From the NCBI RefSeq assembly GCF_902713615.1, contig NC_052158.1, forward strand, positions 42,743,159-42,807,158: a DNA stretch of 64,000 nucleotides, in the 5' to 3' direction. The notes under the pieces were generated by a model. The model ran no database searches. It saw nothing but the letters and a program-made list of their open reading frames with translations, and was not told the origin of the DNA. Made by a program: the position numbers and the translations under genes. Below, piece by piece: positions 24,520-37,138 of this stretch. Origin of the DNA: Scyliorhinus canicula (taxonomy: Eukaryota). How positions within the stretch are numbered: the stretch's first letter is position 1; every line of letters starts with the position of its first letter.

Positions 24520-27500
24520 TGATGTGTTAGGCAGGTTGGGGTACATGGGAAGGTGTCGATAGTGCAGATACATGGCAAACAAAGCAATATTTACAGAGGT
24601 TAAATCGATGAGAATTCAGTCACAAAATGTACAAAGTTCAGTCTACAGATTCAGTCTTTGTGGTGGGCGACGAATTCTTGTTGATCGCCGCAGAGGTGGA
24701 TCAGGAGCCGCCTGCACGTGGATAGGTGGGATCGCTGCCATCGCAGTGGTCACGTGGGCAGCAGAATTGCTGGTAGATCGGTGGCCTCGTGGTAGGGTAC
24801 GTCCGGAGGAGGCATTGTAGGCGGCGGGGCACTTGGTCAGGTAGTGGGAGTGGAACTCTTCGCAATGCCCGTCTGCTGCGCCATTGCAGGGAGCCATCAG
24901 CCATGCGGACAAGGAAAGATCTTGGGGCCACTTGTTTGATAACAACAGCTAGGCTGACCAGCCGCCCTCAGGCAACTGGACCGAACATGATCAGTTGGGG
25001 CCTGTTCGGGTAGATCCGTGGCATGAGCATCGTATGTGGCCTTCCGTTGGGACCGTGACTGCTGCATTTTCTGTAAGACTGTGAGGTGGTCAAGGTCTGG
25101 AACATGGATGGCTGGAACTGTGGTCCTCAGAGTGCGATTCATGAGCATCTGCGCTGGAGGCAACCCAGTCTACAGTGGGGTTGCCCTGTATGCCAGCTTC
25201 GCCAGGTTGGAGTCGGAGCCTGAGCCTGCAGCTTTGCTTGACAATATGGACCCCTTTCTCGGCCTTCCTGTTTGACTGCGGGTAGTGGGGACTGGAGTGA
25301 GAAGTTGTAGGACTGTGTAAAATCAGACCCTTCCCGGCTGTAAAAGCAAGGACCATTGTCGCTCATCACCGTGAGTGGTATCCCATGCCTGGTGAACGTT
25401 TCTTTGCAGGTTTTGATTACCGCCTTCGACGTGAGGTCGGACAGTTTCACCACTTCTGGGTAACTGGAGAAGTAGTTGACCAGGAATACGTAGTCACGCC
25501 CATTGGCGTGGAAAAGGTCGACACCTACTTTGGACCACGGAGAGGTCACTATCTCGTGCTGTTGCAGCGTTTCCTTGGGTTGAGCTGGTTGAAACTTCTG
25601 ACAGTAGGGCAGTTGAGGACTGTGTTGGCAATGTCCTGGCTAATGCCCGGTCAATAGACCGCCTCCCGAGCTCTGCGTCGGCATTTCTCGACCCCAAGGT
25701 GACCCTCATGAGGTTGGCCCAGCACCATAGCCCGCATACTCTGAGGAATTACGATCCTGTCGAATTTCAGAAGGATTTCCTCCACCACCGTCAGGTCATC
25801 TTTTACATGATAGAACTGGGGACATTATCCCTTCTGCCAGCTGTTGGTAAGGTGCTGCATCACACGCTGCAGCAGAGGATCCTTGGCCGTCTCCTCACGA
25901 ATTTGGACCACCCCTTTGTCAGAGGCTGGGAGTTGGTGGCACACAATTGCACTTGCACTTCTATGTGGCAGATGAAGTCGCCTTGTTCACACGGTGTGGT
26001 GATGGACCTGGATAGGGCATCTGCAATGATCCGCTCTTTGCCTGGCATGTAGACAAGTTCGAAGTCGTAGCGGCGGAGTCGAAGAAGAATTCGCTGTAGC
26101 CAAGGTGTCATGTAATTTAAATCCTTCTGGATTAGTGGACTGGAGGCGTGTGGTCCGTTTCTACCGTGAATTTCGGTAGGCCGTAGACGTAGTCATGAAA
26201 CTTGACTATTCCTGTCAGGAGACCCAGACACTCCTCCTCAATCTGAGCGTACCGTTGCTCAGTGGGCGTCATAGCCCTGGGAGCATATGCCACTGGAGCC
26301 CAGGAAGAGGAGTCATCTCACTGGAGGAGCATCGCCCCAATGCCGTCCTGGCTTTCATCAGTTGATCTCTTGGTTTCCTTGGTTGGGTCGAAGAACGCTA
26401 GAACTGGGGCTGTGGTGAGCTTTGCCTTTAGCTCACACCATCCCTCTTCATGCGTGGGCAGCCACTGGAATTCCGTTGACTTCTTGACGAGATGGCGGAG
26501 GGCCGTGGTGTGGGATGCCATATTGGGAATGAATTTCCTGAGGAGGTTGACCATCCCGAGGAAGCAGAGGACCGCCTTCTTGTCCTCATGGTGTTGATCG
26601 CCGAGACCTTGTCAGCATGAGATGTGGTCACCTAGAAACTTGATATCCGATTGATCAAATGAGCACTTGGCCCTGTTGAGCTGGAGACCATGTTCATGGA
26701 TTCGCTGGAATACCTTCCTGAGGTGAGCGATGTGTTCCTGGGGCGTTGTGGACCAGATAATCACGTCGTCCAGGTATACTCGCACCCCTTCGATGCCCTC
26801 TTATCATCTGCTCCATGATGCGGTGAAACACTTCGGAGGCAGATACGATACCAAAAGGTATCCGGTTGTAGCCATAGCGACCGAACGGGGTGTTGAACGT
26901 GCACAGCTTGCGACTGGACGCATCCAGCGGTATTTGCCAAAAACCCTTGGAGGCGTCCAGCTTAGTAAAGAATTTGGCATGAGCCATGTCACTAGTCTAC
27001 TCTTCTCGTTTTGGTATCGGATAATGCTCCCGCATGATGTTGCGGTTTAGATCCTCAGGGTCAATGCAAATGCGAAGCACCCCTGACGGTTTCTTTACAC
27101 AGACCATGGAGCTGACCCAGTCTGTTAGCTCTGTGACCTTCGATATGATGCCCTGGTCTTGGAGGTCCTGTAATTGCTTCTTCAGACGATCCTTGAGGGG
27201 TACCAGCACCCGGCAAGGTACATGAATTACAGGGGTGGAGTTCGGCTTGAGCAGGATTTTATATTGGTATGGGAGTGTGTCCATTCCATCGAATACGCTG
27301 TGGTACTGCGTGATAATATCATCTATGTCTGCTTGCAAGTTTCCATCAGGCGAGGCCGTCGCCGGTGATGATGACATGGTGTGGACTCGCTGAACCAGGT
27401 TCAGGAGCTTGCAGGCTCGAGCACCGAGCAGGGACGCTCTGTCAGGCCCGACAGATTTCAAACCGCAATGTTGCCTTGATCGCCTTGTTGGATACCCCTA

Positions 27501-29220
27501 GTTGACACGAGCCACTGGCAGCTATGGCATTGCTATTGTAGTCAAGGAGCTGGCAGGCCGTTGGAAGAATGCTTGGTCTAGCGCGGATGGTGTTGAGGTC
27601 GGATTTTGAGATGAGGTTCGCAGATGCGCCGGTGTCTAGTTTAAATCAGATGCGAGCCTTGTTAACTTTGAGGACAGCACACCACTCGTCGTCGGGATCC
27701 ACACTGAGGATCGAGAGGCGTTGCGCCGTTGTGGTGGAAGGCAGCGCATGTGTAGTTATGATGCCCACCCGATATGAAAACTTGAGGCACTCAGTATCAG
27801 GGTCAGTTGGGCTGTTGGGATCGGAATCTGGCATGTATTGTATTGAGCGGACACTTCTGCGCCGCAGCTGGGATCGCTGGCTGCTGAGCGGTGGAGCAGA
27901 TCTCCAAAGGGCTGCGTAGTGGCCAATCTTGCCACACTGGAGACACCAGCGTCCTATTGCCGGACATTGCCGCTTTAAGTGGGGGGAGCCACAATTCAGA
28001 CATGTCATGACGCCGACGTCAGCGTGTTCCGTGTGCCATCGCTCATGCGCAGTGCGGTCGGTCGACGTACGTCATCCATTCGGTCTCATCATCCACTCTG
28101 TCGTGGTGCTCATGCGCAGGGACCCAGGAAAAGCACGCAAAACGGCCACTCTCCTCGATGCTCAGGCCTTGCATTTGTGCAATGGCCTGCACCCCTTCCG
28201 CCTCATGGGAGGCCAGCTTTGCAGTTTCTGATGTGGGAGTAATGATTCTTAGCATGCTCATGGGCAACGCACGTCTCGATAGCGACAGGGAGGGTCAACT
28301 GTTTGACTTTCAGGAGCTGCTGCCGAAGGGAGTCGGAGTGGACTCCAAAAACGATCTGATCCTGGATCATGGAATCAGCCGTCGAGTCATAGTTACATGA
28401 CTGCGCTAGGATGCGGAGATGGGTCAAGAAGGACTGAAAAGGTTCATCCTTACCCTGAAGCCTCTGCTGGAAAACGTACCATTCAAAGCTCTCATTCACC
28501 TCAATGTCGCAGTGGCTGTCGAACTTCAGCAGGACTGTTTTGAATTTTGTTTTGTCTTCGCCGTCAGCGAACGTAAGGGAGTTGTAGATGTGGATGGTGT
28601 GGTCCCCCGCGTTGGAGATAAATAGCGCGATCTTCCTGGGATCCGATGCTGCTTCGAGGTGGGAGGCCTCGATGTACAAGAGGAACTTTTGCTTGAAGAT
28701 TTTCCAATTGGCGGCGAGGTTGCCAGAGGTGCGGAGCTGCGGAAGAGGCTGGATGTTTTCCATTTCACCGGATGGCTGTTTGCTGGTCAATGCTGATTCA
28801 CTCGAGGTAGGTCCGTCAAGATCAGTATCACTCTGGTACCATGATGTGACAGGCAGGTTGGTTTGATGTGGACTGCATTCGATGCAGGGAAGCTAGAAAC
28901 AGACGTCTAACACTGGAGAAGATCCAATACTGTTTTATTCAACGATAGAACTGATATACATATTCAGTATATGGGTCGACACTAAACTGAACTGACTGGA
29001 GACCTTGTAGTAGCCTGACCAGACTTACTAGCTACCACATGGTGTTTGCCAGCTCGTGGACTCTGACTGTCTCAGAGGCTGGGTCCAGAGAGAGTGGGAA
29101 ACCCAGTGCCCTCTGGCTTTATAGTGGTAGTGTCCTGTCTGGTGATTGGCTGCACTGTGTTGTGTGCTTACTGGTCATCCTGTCTGTCAATGATTATATA
29201 CATGAGTGGATATTATGACA
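24520..29220 (-). mobile_element. Gypsy element G: 5' LTR 28842-29220, tRNA-Leu PBS, gag-pol with stops, 3' LTR reduced to a ~20-bp remnant
   Basis: gag MENIQPLPQLRTSGNLAANWK, protease, RT (LDASKGFWQI), RNaseH and integrase (PWSKVGVDLF). PBS TGGTACCAGAG at 28841-28831. TSD GTGAC (24515-24519) / GCGAC (29221-29225). Confidence 0.9.
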
Positions 29221-29325
29221 GCGACCAGTAAATATCCAAATTGTTGATGCATTTGCTTGGTGAGTGAGACTCTCGACCAGTGTGTTCACCTTGTGTTTCA
29301 CTGTGAGATTCTCATTCCTTTACAG

Positions 29326-29471
29326 AACCTGAAGTTCCTGAGGAAAAGTCTGGTCACGGGACAGTAATCTGTGCTCTGGGACTCACTCTGGGAATCATCA
29401 GTGCTGTTGTAGGGATCATCCTACTGATCAAAGAGAGACAGAGGCTGCAAGCTCAGCAACACGGCATCTAG
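29326..29471 (+). CDS. MHC class II alpha chain, connecting peptide/transmembrane/cytoplasmic exon (exon continues to 29473)
   Basis: Acceptor TTCCTTTACAG, phase 1, matching exon 3. Encodes EPEVPEEKSGHGTVICALGLTLGIISAVVGIILLIKERQRLQAQQHGI-stop, with the class II alpha TM Cys and Gly spacing. Donor GTAAGT at 29474. Confidence 0.95.
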
Positions 29472-29586
29472 GCGTAAGTACAGGGTACATAATCCGTGTG
29501 TATTATTAACATTCCCGAAAGTGAGTTTCAGCCAAGGTCCCTTCTCCTGATTGCTTATTGCTGAACCCCTGCAACAATCTAAACAG

Positions 29587-29780
29587 ATATGGACAGGATT
29601 GGGCTTGGCTGTTTTACTCTGTCAACATTTACACAGGAAGAACCCTCACTTAGATGAACTGCAGGATGGGATCACTCAATAGCTGGTACCTTCAGGAAGG
29701 GAGACACACGCACCGTCAGACATTACTTTGCAGTTACATTTTAAGACTGCAATAAAACAACTAGCTTCAAAACATTTCAA
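29587..29780 (+). other. Probable non-coding 3'UTR exon of the class II alpha gene with poly(A) signal
   Basis: The donor lies 2 nt after the stop codon, the typical class II alpha layout. AG at 29585-29586 and AATAAA at 29751-29756. The acceptor is weak, so the start is uncertain. Confidence 0.55.
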
Positions 29781-30224
29781 GCCATTCTCCTGAACACATT
29801 CATTGACACTGGTATTGGCCATCTATTCGCCCTTATAAATTCAGTTTTATATTCTACATCTTATGGAAATACCCTCAGAAGAAGAATAATATTACAGATG
29901 GGTTGTACACAATAGACAAACAGTGGGAAGGCAATAGAGGATCAAATTGGATACAAATTACAGAAAGATTCAAGATCTCAAGAAGGTGATAGGGCATTTC
30001 CATTACTTTAATGCAGAGTTTTCCAAACTGTCTTCTGTGGAACTCAAACAGGTTCCAGGGTAGGTCCTGCTGTTTAAAATGTTTTAAAATGCTGACTTCC
30101 AGCTTGACCAATCGGAGAAAGTTGCTTTGTTTTGTTGGACTCACGGGCTCACTGATTAGCCTATCAGCAACCAATTAACTGCAAAGCCAGCCTCTGATTG
30201 GAAAAGCTGAAAAGAGGCAGGTGA

Positions 30225-32340
30225 GATGCAGGGAGGGAGCGAGGCTCGAGAGAGGGGGAGGAGGGCACGAGAGAGGGGGAGGAGGGCACGAGAGAGGGGG
30301 AGGAGGGCACGAGAGAGGGGGAGGAGGGCACGAGAGGGGGAGGAGGGCACGAGAGAGGGGGAGGGGGGCACGAGAGAGGGGGAGGAGGGCACGAGAGAGG
30401 GGGAGGAGGGCACGAGAGAGGGGGAGGAGGGCACGAGAGGGGGAGGAGGGCACGAGAGAGGGGGAGGGGGGCACGAGAGAGGGGGAGGAGGGCACGAGAG
30501 GGGGAGGGGGGCACGAGAGAGGGGGAGGAGGGCACGAGAGAGGGGGAGGAGGGCACAAGAGAGGGGAGGAGGGGCTTGAGGGGGAGGGGGGCACGAGAGA
30601 GGGGGAGGGGGCTTGAGAGGAGGCTCGAGAGGGGTAGGGGGGCTTGAGAGGAAGCTCGAGAGGGGAAGGGGAGCTCAAGGGGGGAGGGGGCTTGAGAGGA
30701 GGAAAGGGGAGGGGCCTCAAGAGGGGGAGGGGGCTTGAGAGGGGGCTCGAGGGAGAAGAGGGAATCGAGGGGGTGAGGGGGCTTGAGAGAGGGGGAGGAG
30801 GGCACGGGGGAGGGGGGCTTGAGGGGGAGGAGGGCACAGGGAGGGGGGCTTGAGAGTGGGAGGGGGGCTCGAGAGGAGGAAAGGGGGAGTCGCCTCGGGA
30901 GGGGGGTTCGAGAGAGGGGGAGGGGGGTGCGAGAGAGGGGGAGGGCGGCTCGAGAGGGGGGAAGGGGCTCGAGAGGGGTTCGAGAGGGGGAGGGGGGTTC
31001 GAGAGGGGGAGGGGGGCCATGAGAGGGGGAGGGGGGCGTGAGGGGGGAGGGTACCTCGAGAGGGGGAGGGGACTCAAGGGGGAAGATGAGGAGGGGGGCT
31101 TGAGAGGGGGAGGAAGGCTCGAGAGGAGGGGAGGGAGGGGAAGCGGAGGATTGGGAGGGGGAGCGTGTGCTCGGGAGGGAGAGCGGGGCCTCGGGAGGGG
31201 GAGGGGAGCTCGAGAGAGTAGCAGGTGCTTGGGAGAGCAGGAATAGGGGCTCGAGAGGGGTAGCGGGGGCTCAAGGGGGTGACCGGGGCTGGGGCCGGGG
31301 AGCGGAGGCTCAGGACGGGGAAGGGGGACTCGAGGATGGGACAGGGCTCGGGAGGGACGGGGGAAGGGAGGGGGAGCGGGGGCTCGGGAGGGGGAGCGGG
31401 GGCTCGGGAGAGGGCTGGGGAAGGGGCTCTGGGGGCTGGGGAAGGGGACCGGGGGCTCGGGAGGGGGAGTGGGGGCTCGAGAGGGGGCTGGGGAAGGGGA
31501 GAGGGTGCTGGGGAGGGGGAGCGTGGGCTGGGGCTCTGGGGGCTCGAGGGGGGGAGGGGGGCTCGCGAGGGGGAGGGGGTGTTCCCGAGGGGGAGGGGTG
31601 CTCGAGAGGGGGAGGGGTGCTCGAGAGGGGGAGGGGTGCTCAAGAGGGGGAGGGGTGCTCGAGAGGGGGAGGGGTGCCCGAGAGAGGGGGAGGGGTGCCC
31701 GAGAGAGGGGGAGGGGGTTCGAGAGAGAGGGAGTGGGTTCGAGAGAGGGGGAGGGGGCACGGGTGGGGGAGGAGGGCTCGAGGAGGGGAGGGGGGGCTCC
31801 AGAGAGAGAGAGAGAGGGAGGGCTTGGGGGGGGAGGGGACCTTGAGAGAGGGAGGGCTTGGGGGGGGAGGGGACCTCGAGAGGGTAAGGGGCTTGAGAGA
31901 GGGAGGGGGCTCGAGGGGGAAGATGAGGAGGGGGGCTCGAGAGGGGGAGGGTGGCTTGAGAGTGGGACAGGGCTTGAGGGAGGAGGAGCTGGAGGGGGGG
32001 AGGGGCGGGCGGGAGGAGAGAGGGGGGACTGAGGGGAAGCGGAGGATTGGGAGGGGGAGCGGGTGCTCGGGAGGGGGAGGGGGGACTGGAGGTGTGGGAC
32101 AGGGCTCGGGAGGGGAGGAGGGAGGTGGGAAGGGAGGGGAAGCGAGGGCTCAGGCAGGGGAGCGGGGTTTCAGGAGGGGGAGGGGAGGTCAGGAGGGGGT
32201 GCGGGGCTCGGGAGGGGGAGCGGGGGCTCGGGATGGGGAGCGGGGTTTCAGGAGGGGGAGCGGGGGCTCGGGAGAGGGGGCTGGGAGCTCAGGAGCGGGG
32301 ACTCGGGAGAGGGGGCTGGGGGCTCGGGAGGGGGAGCAGG
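30225..32340 (+). repeat. Purine/G-rich compound minisatellite (19-21-bp GAGAGGGGGAGGAGGGCAC-type units, degenerating)
   Basis: Directly visible. It is the source of the many Gly/Arg/Pro-rich spurious ORFs. Confidence 0.95.
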
Positions 32341-32344
32341 GGAG

Positions 32345-33840
32345 TGCCTTCCTAACCCCAGACAGGGGTTCTATCCCCTCCCCAAAATCCACAAACTGGA
32401 TTGTCCTGGTTTGCCCATCATGTCAGCCTATTCCTGCCCACCACAATCTTGAATCCATACTGTCGCTACTTACCCAGTTCATTCCCACCGACATCCGTGA
32501 TTCCTCCAATGTCCTGCATCATATCAACAACTTCCAGTTCCCCGGCCCCAACCCCCTCCTCTTTAGAATGGATGTCCAATCCCTCTATTCCTCCGTTCCC
32601 CACCAGGATGGCCTGAGGACTCTCCACTTCTTCCTCGAACAGAGGCCCGAACAATCGCCATCCACCAACACTCTCCTCCGACTGCCTGAACTTGTCCTCA
32701 CACTCAACAATTTCTCCTTTAACATGTCTCATTTCCTCCAAACCAAAGGTTTACCTACATGGGTTCCAGTTTTTCCGGTCTCTTTATGTATTATGTGGAA
32801 CATTCCATGTTCAAGCCCCATTCCGGCCCCCATCCACAACTCTTTTATCGGTACATCAACATTCCTGCTTCACGTTCTTGGCTGGACAAATTTCCATCCC
32901 TCTATCACCTTCACATTGTCCATCTCCGAATCTTCCCTTCCCTTCCTTGGCCTCTCTATCTCCATTTCTGGGGATAAACTGCGCTCTAGTATCCATTACA
33001 AACTCACTGAATCCCACAGTTACCTCAACTACAGCTATTCACACCCCACATCCTGGCAGGACTCCATCCCATTCTCAATTCCGCCGCATCTGTTCTGTCG
33101 ATTCCACTTTCCAAAACGGTGCTGCTGACATGTCTTCATTCTTCCTTCATGGTGGTTTCCAATCCATTGCAGTCGACAGAGCCCTCAACCCTGTCTGACC
33201 CATCTCCCCCACCTCTGCTCTCACCCCCTCTCCCCCACCTCTGCTCTCACCCCCTCTCCTCCCTCCCAGCACCAGGATAGGCTCCTTCTTGTCCTCACTT
33301 TTCACCCCACCAGCCTCCCCATTCAAAGAATCATCCTCCGCCAGTTCCTCTAACTCCGGCATGATGCCATCACCAAACACTCTTCCCCTCAATCCCCCGT
33401 CAGCATTCTGCAAGGACATCCTCCAGGACATTCTGTCCTCAGTCACCCCCAACACCTCAGCCTCTTCCCACGTCACCTTCCTATGCAATCACAGAAGGTG
33501 TAACACCTGTGCCTTTACCTCCTCCATCCAAAGGCCTGAACACTCTTTTCAAGTGAGGCAGCATTTCATGCCACCTCCTCCAATCTGGTCTATTGTATTC
33601 GCTGCTTCCAAAGGACCGATTTGCAGAACACCTCCAGTCCGTCTACATGCAGGACCCAGACCTTCCTGTTGCTTGCCATTTCACTCACTGTCCTGCTCTC
33701 ACATCCACATGTCCATCCTTGACCTGCTGCCATGTTCCAGTGAAGCCCAGCACAAACTGGAGGAACAGCACCTCACTTTCCAATTAGGTACGTCACAGCC
33801 TTCCGAACTTCACACTAAGCTCAGCAAATTCATACTGTGA
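32345..33840 (+). mobile_element. Penelope-like element, degraded RT and GIY-YIG endonuclease
   Basis: IRDSSNVL, MDVQSLYSSVPH and LVLTLNNFSFN (Penelope RT motifs). The downstream CNTC...FQVRQHF...RFAEHL region resembles GIY-YIG. Confidence 0.85.
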
Positions 33841-33865
33841 ACTCTCTCCTCCACCTTTGCCCTAG

Positions 33866-36625
33866 TTTTATTTCTTTTATTTTAATAAACATTTTATTGA
33901 GGATTGTTTTGGCATTGCAACAGCAGCAATATAAACAATGTACATAAAAATATAAACATAGTGCAAATATCACCTCCCTCCCCCACAGGTCCCACCATTA
34001 ATTAACCCCCTAATCTGTGCTAACCTAACCCCCCCCTTCTGCTGACGATTAATTCTCTGCGAAGAAGTCGATGAATGGTTGCCACCTCCGGACGAACCCT
34101 AACAGTGACCCTCTCAAGGCGAACTTAATTTTCTGGCAGAGAAAGCCGGCCATGTCCGATAGCCAGGTCTCCGACTTTGGGGGCTTTGAGTCCCTCCAAG
34201 CTAATAATATCCGTCTCCGGGCTACCAGGGAAGCAAAGGCCAGAACGTCTGCCTCTTTCTCCTCCTGGATTCCCGGATCCTGTGAAACCCCGAAAATGGC
34301 CACCTCTCGACTCAATGGCACCTTCGTATTTAATACCTTGGACATGACGTCAGCAAACCCCTGCCAAAATCCCCTCAGCTTTGGACATGCCCAGAACATA
34401 TTGACATGGTTCGCTGGTCCTCCCGCACATTTTGCGCACCTGTCTTCCACCCCAAAGAATCTGCTCATCCGGGTCACTGTGCAGTCGCGGTGACTCTGGT
34501 GTTGGGCAGTGTAGACTTCTGAAGCTAACATATGCCACCAACACTGAAGAAGGTTTAACACTATTTTATTAACTACTTATAAAATAATAGACATACGATA
34601 ACTGTGGGTTTACACGATGCTAGGGCAGCATGGTAGCATTGTGGATAGCACAATTGCTTCACAGCTCCAGGGTCCCAGGTTCGATTCCGGCTTGGGTCAC
34701 TGTCTGTGCGGAGTATGCACATCCTCCCCGTGTGTGCGTGGGTTTCCTCCGGGTGCTCCAGTTTCCTCCCACAGTCACAATGATGTGCAGGTTAGGTGGA
34801 TTGGCCTTGATAAATTGCCCTTAGTATCCAAAATTGCCCTTAGTGTTGGGTGGGGTTACTGGGTTATGGGGATAGGGTGGAGGTGTTGACCTTGGGTAGG
34901 GTGCTCTTTGCAAGAGCCAGTGCAGACTCGATGGGCCGAATGGCCTCCTTCTGCACTGTAAATTCTATGATAATCTATGATAGTTTAACTAGAGACCTGT
35001 GCCTGTCCGAACCAGTTGAATCACTCAGCATGTGGTGAGAGTCTGTACTGTACTTGATGAGCTCTTGTGCTTCTGAGAGGCAGCATCCAGAATGAGCGGG
35101 AACAGTGATGCCCTCTGCCTTTATAGTGAGTGTGTTCTAACTGATGATTGGCTGCGGTGTTTGTGCATGTTGATTGGTCCTAGTGTATGTCCATCAGTGT
35201 GTGTCTGCACCATGATATACTGGTGTATATTATGACAGACTCCACTCAATGCATCCGCCCAGAGGCCCTCCTCTATCTCTCCCCTCAGCTCCTCCTCCCA
35301 CTTTCGCTTCAGCTCCTCGGTCTGCGCCTCCTCTGATCCCATAAGCTCCTTATAAATGTCAGAAACACTCCCCTCACCTATCCATCCTCTAGAAACCACC
35401 CTATCCTGAATCCCCCTTAACGGCAGGAGTGGGAAGGTTGATACCTGTCTACGCAGAAAGTCCCGCACCTTGAAATTTGTTTCCCCCCACCAATGCAAGC
35501 TTCTCTTCCAGTGCCCTCGTAGTCGGAAAGTTCCCCTCTATAAACAAGTCCCCCATCCTCTCAGTCCCCGCTCTCCGCCATATTCGGAACTCTCCGTCCA
35601 TCCTCCTTGCAACAAACCGGTGATTATCGCATATTGGGGACCAGACTGATGCTCCCACATGTCTCCTCGATTGCCCCCAGACTCTCAAGGCCGGCACCAC
35701 CATGGGACTGGTGGAGTACCGCGCTGGCGGGAACGGCAAAGGCGCGGTCATCAGCGCCTCCAAACTTGTGCCCAAGCAAGAAGCCGCCTCCATATGCACC
35801 CATGCCGACCCCCCACCAGCCACTTCCTAACCATGGCTATATTAGCCGCCCAGTAATAATTGCTAAAGTTCGGCAGCGCCACCCTGCCCTCTCTCCGACT
35901 TCGCTCGAGCATTACCCTCCTCACTCGCGGGGACTTGCCCCCCCCATACGAAGCCCGCGATAACTTTATTGACCCGCTTAAAAAAGGAATGAAGATGGGG
36001 AGACATTGAAATACAAACAGGAATCATTTTCACCATTTGGACTCTGCCAGCTAGAGACAACGGGGACACGCGCCCCATCGCCAGAAATTATCTTTCATCT
36101 GATCCACCAACCGGCCAAGTTCAATTTATGTAGCAGTCCCAATCCCGCACCACTTGGAAACCTAGGAACCTGAAACTGTTCCCTACCACTCTAAAAGGCA
36201 GTTCCCCCAGTTGCCCCTCCTGACCCCTCGCCTGGACCACAAACATCTCACTCTTCCCCATATTAAGCTTCTACCCCAAAACCTGCCGAATTCCCCTAAA
36301 ATTCCCATGATTTCTTCCATCCCGTCAATTGGATCCAAAACATACAGAAGCAGGTTGTCCGCATACAGCGAGACTCTGTACTCCACCCCCCCCCCCCCCC
36401 CCCCCCCCCCCCGGACCAGCCCCTTCCAGCCCCGTGAGGCCCTCAGAGCAATTGCCAGCGGCTCTATAACCAGCGCAAACAGCAGCGGGGAGAGGGGGCA
36501 TCCCTGTCTCGTCCCCCAATGCAGTCTAAAATAGTCCAAAGTCGTCCTGTCCATCAGTACACTTGCCACAAGAGCCTGGTACAGCAACCTGACCCAGTCA
36601 ATAAAGCCCCTCCCAAATCTGAACC
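33866..36625 (-). mobile_element. 5'-truncated L1 fragment (RT to 3' tail), degraded
   Basis: GTRQGCPLSPLLFAL, YADN and CAKCAGGPANHVNMFWAC. A-rich tail at ~33866. Homologous to the L1 at 951-8000. Confidence 0.88.
34497..35237 (-). mobile_element. Solo LTR related to the Gypsy G LTR, containing a V-SINE (~34623-34982)
   Basis: TG...CA ends and TSD GACTC (34492-34496, 35238-35242). Its right end (TATTATGACA) matches 29211-29220. Confidence 0.85.
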
Positions 36626-37138
36626 ACTCCAGAACCTCCCAGTTTTATTTCTATCAATTTATTTTCATTTCTTCCATCAATCTGGTTTTCCCTCACTCAG
36701 GGGCTTGGTGCCATTTCCTAACATACAAACTGCAGAAGTGCTGAAACAGAGAAATTACTATTTTGATCATTCCATTTTTGGTCTGGTTGACTACACTCAA
36801 AGAGGACACCTCCCTCCCAGGTTAGTAAACCACAGTCTAGTTTACCAGAGTTGGATTGCAGATTCTAAACCTTTCCATTGTGATATTAACAATAGATGGT
36901 GGTTTGCCTATTGTAGGTGTTCATGTTGCTCAGATAGATTTTATCATTGGTATTTATTTACATCCATATCTAAACACATTCTAGAACAATTCCAAGTTGC
37001 TGATTGGGAAATTGTGCAGCTAATGAGATAAGAAATTAATTTGATGTATTGATCTTTTCAATTTAGGTGGACGGCAGAAAAAGCTTAGCCACACCGTGAA
37101 CCCATCGCTGTCGCACTGTCCTTTTGCTGCACTGGGAA

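Noticed and set aside
30156-32452. Long ORFs including 31167-33128 (653 aa)
   Set aside because: These come from the stop-poor G-rich minisatellite. The C-terminal part of the 653-aa ORF is simply the adjacent Penelope RT remnant.
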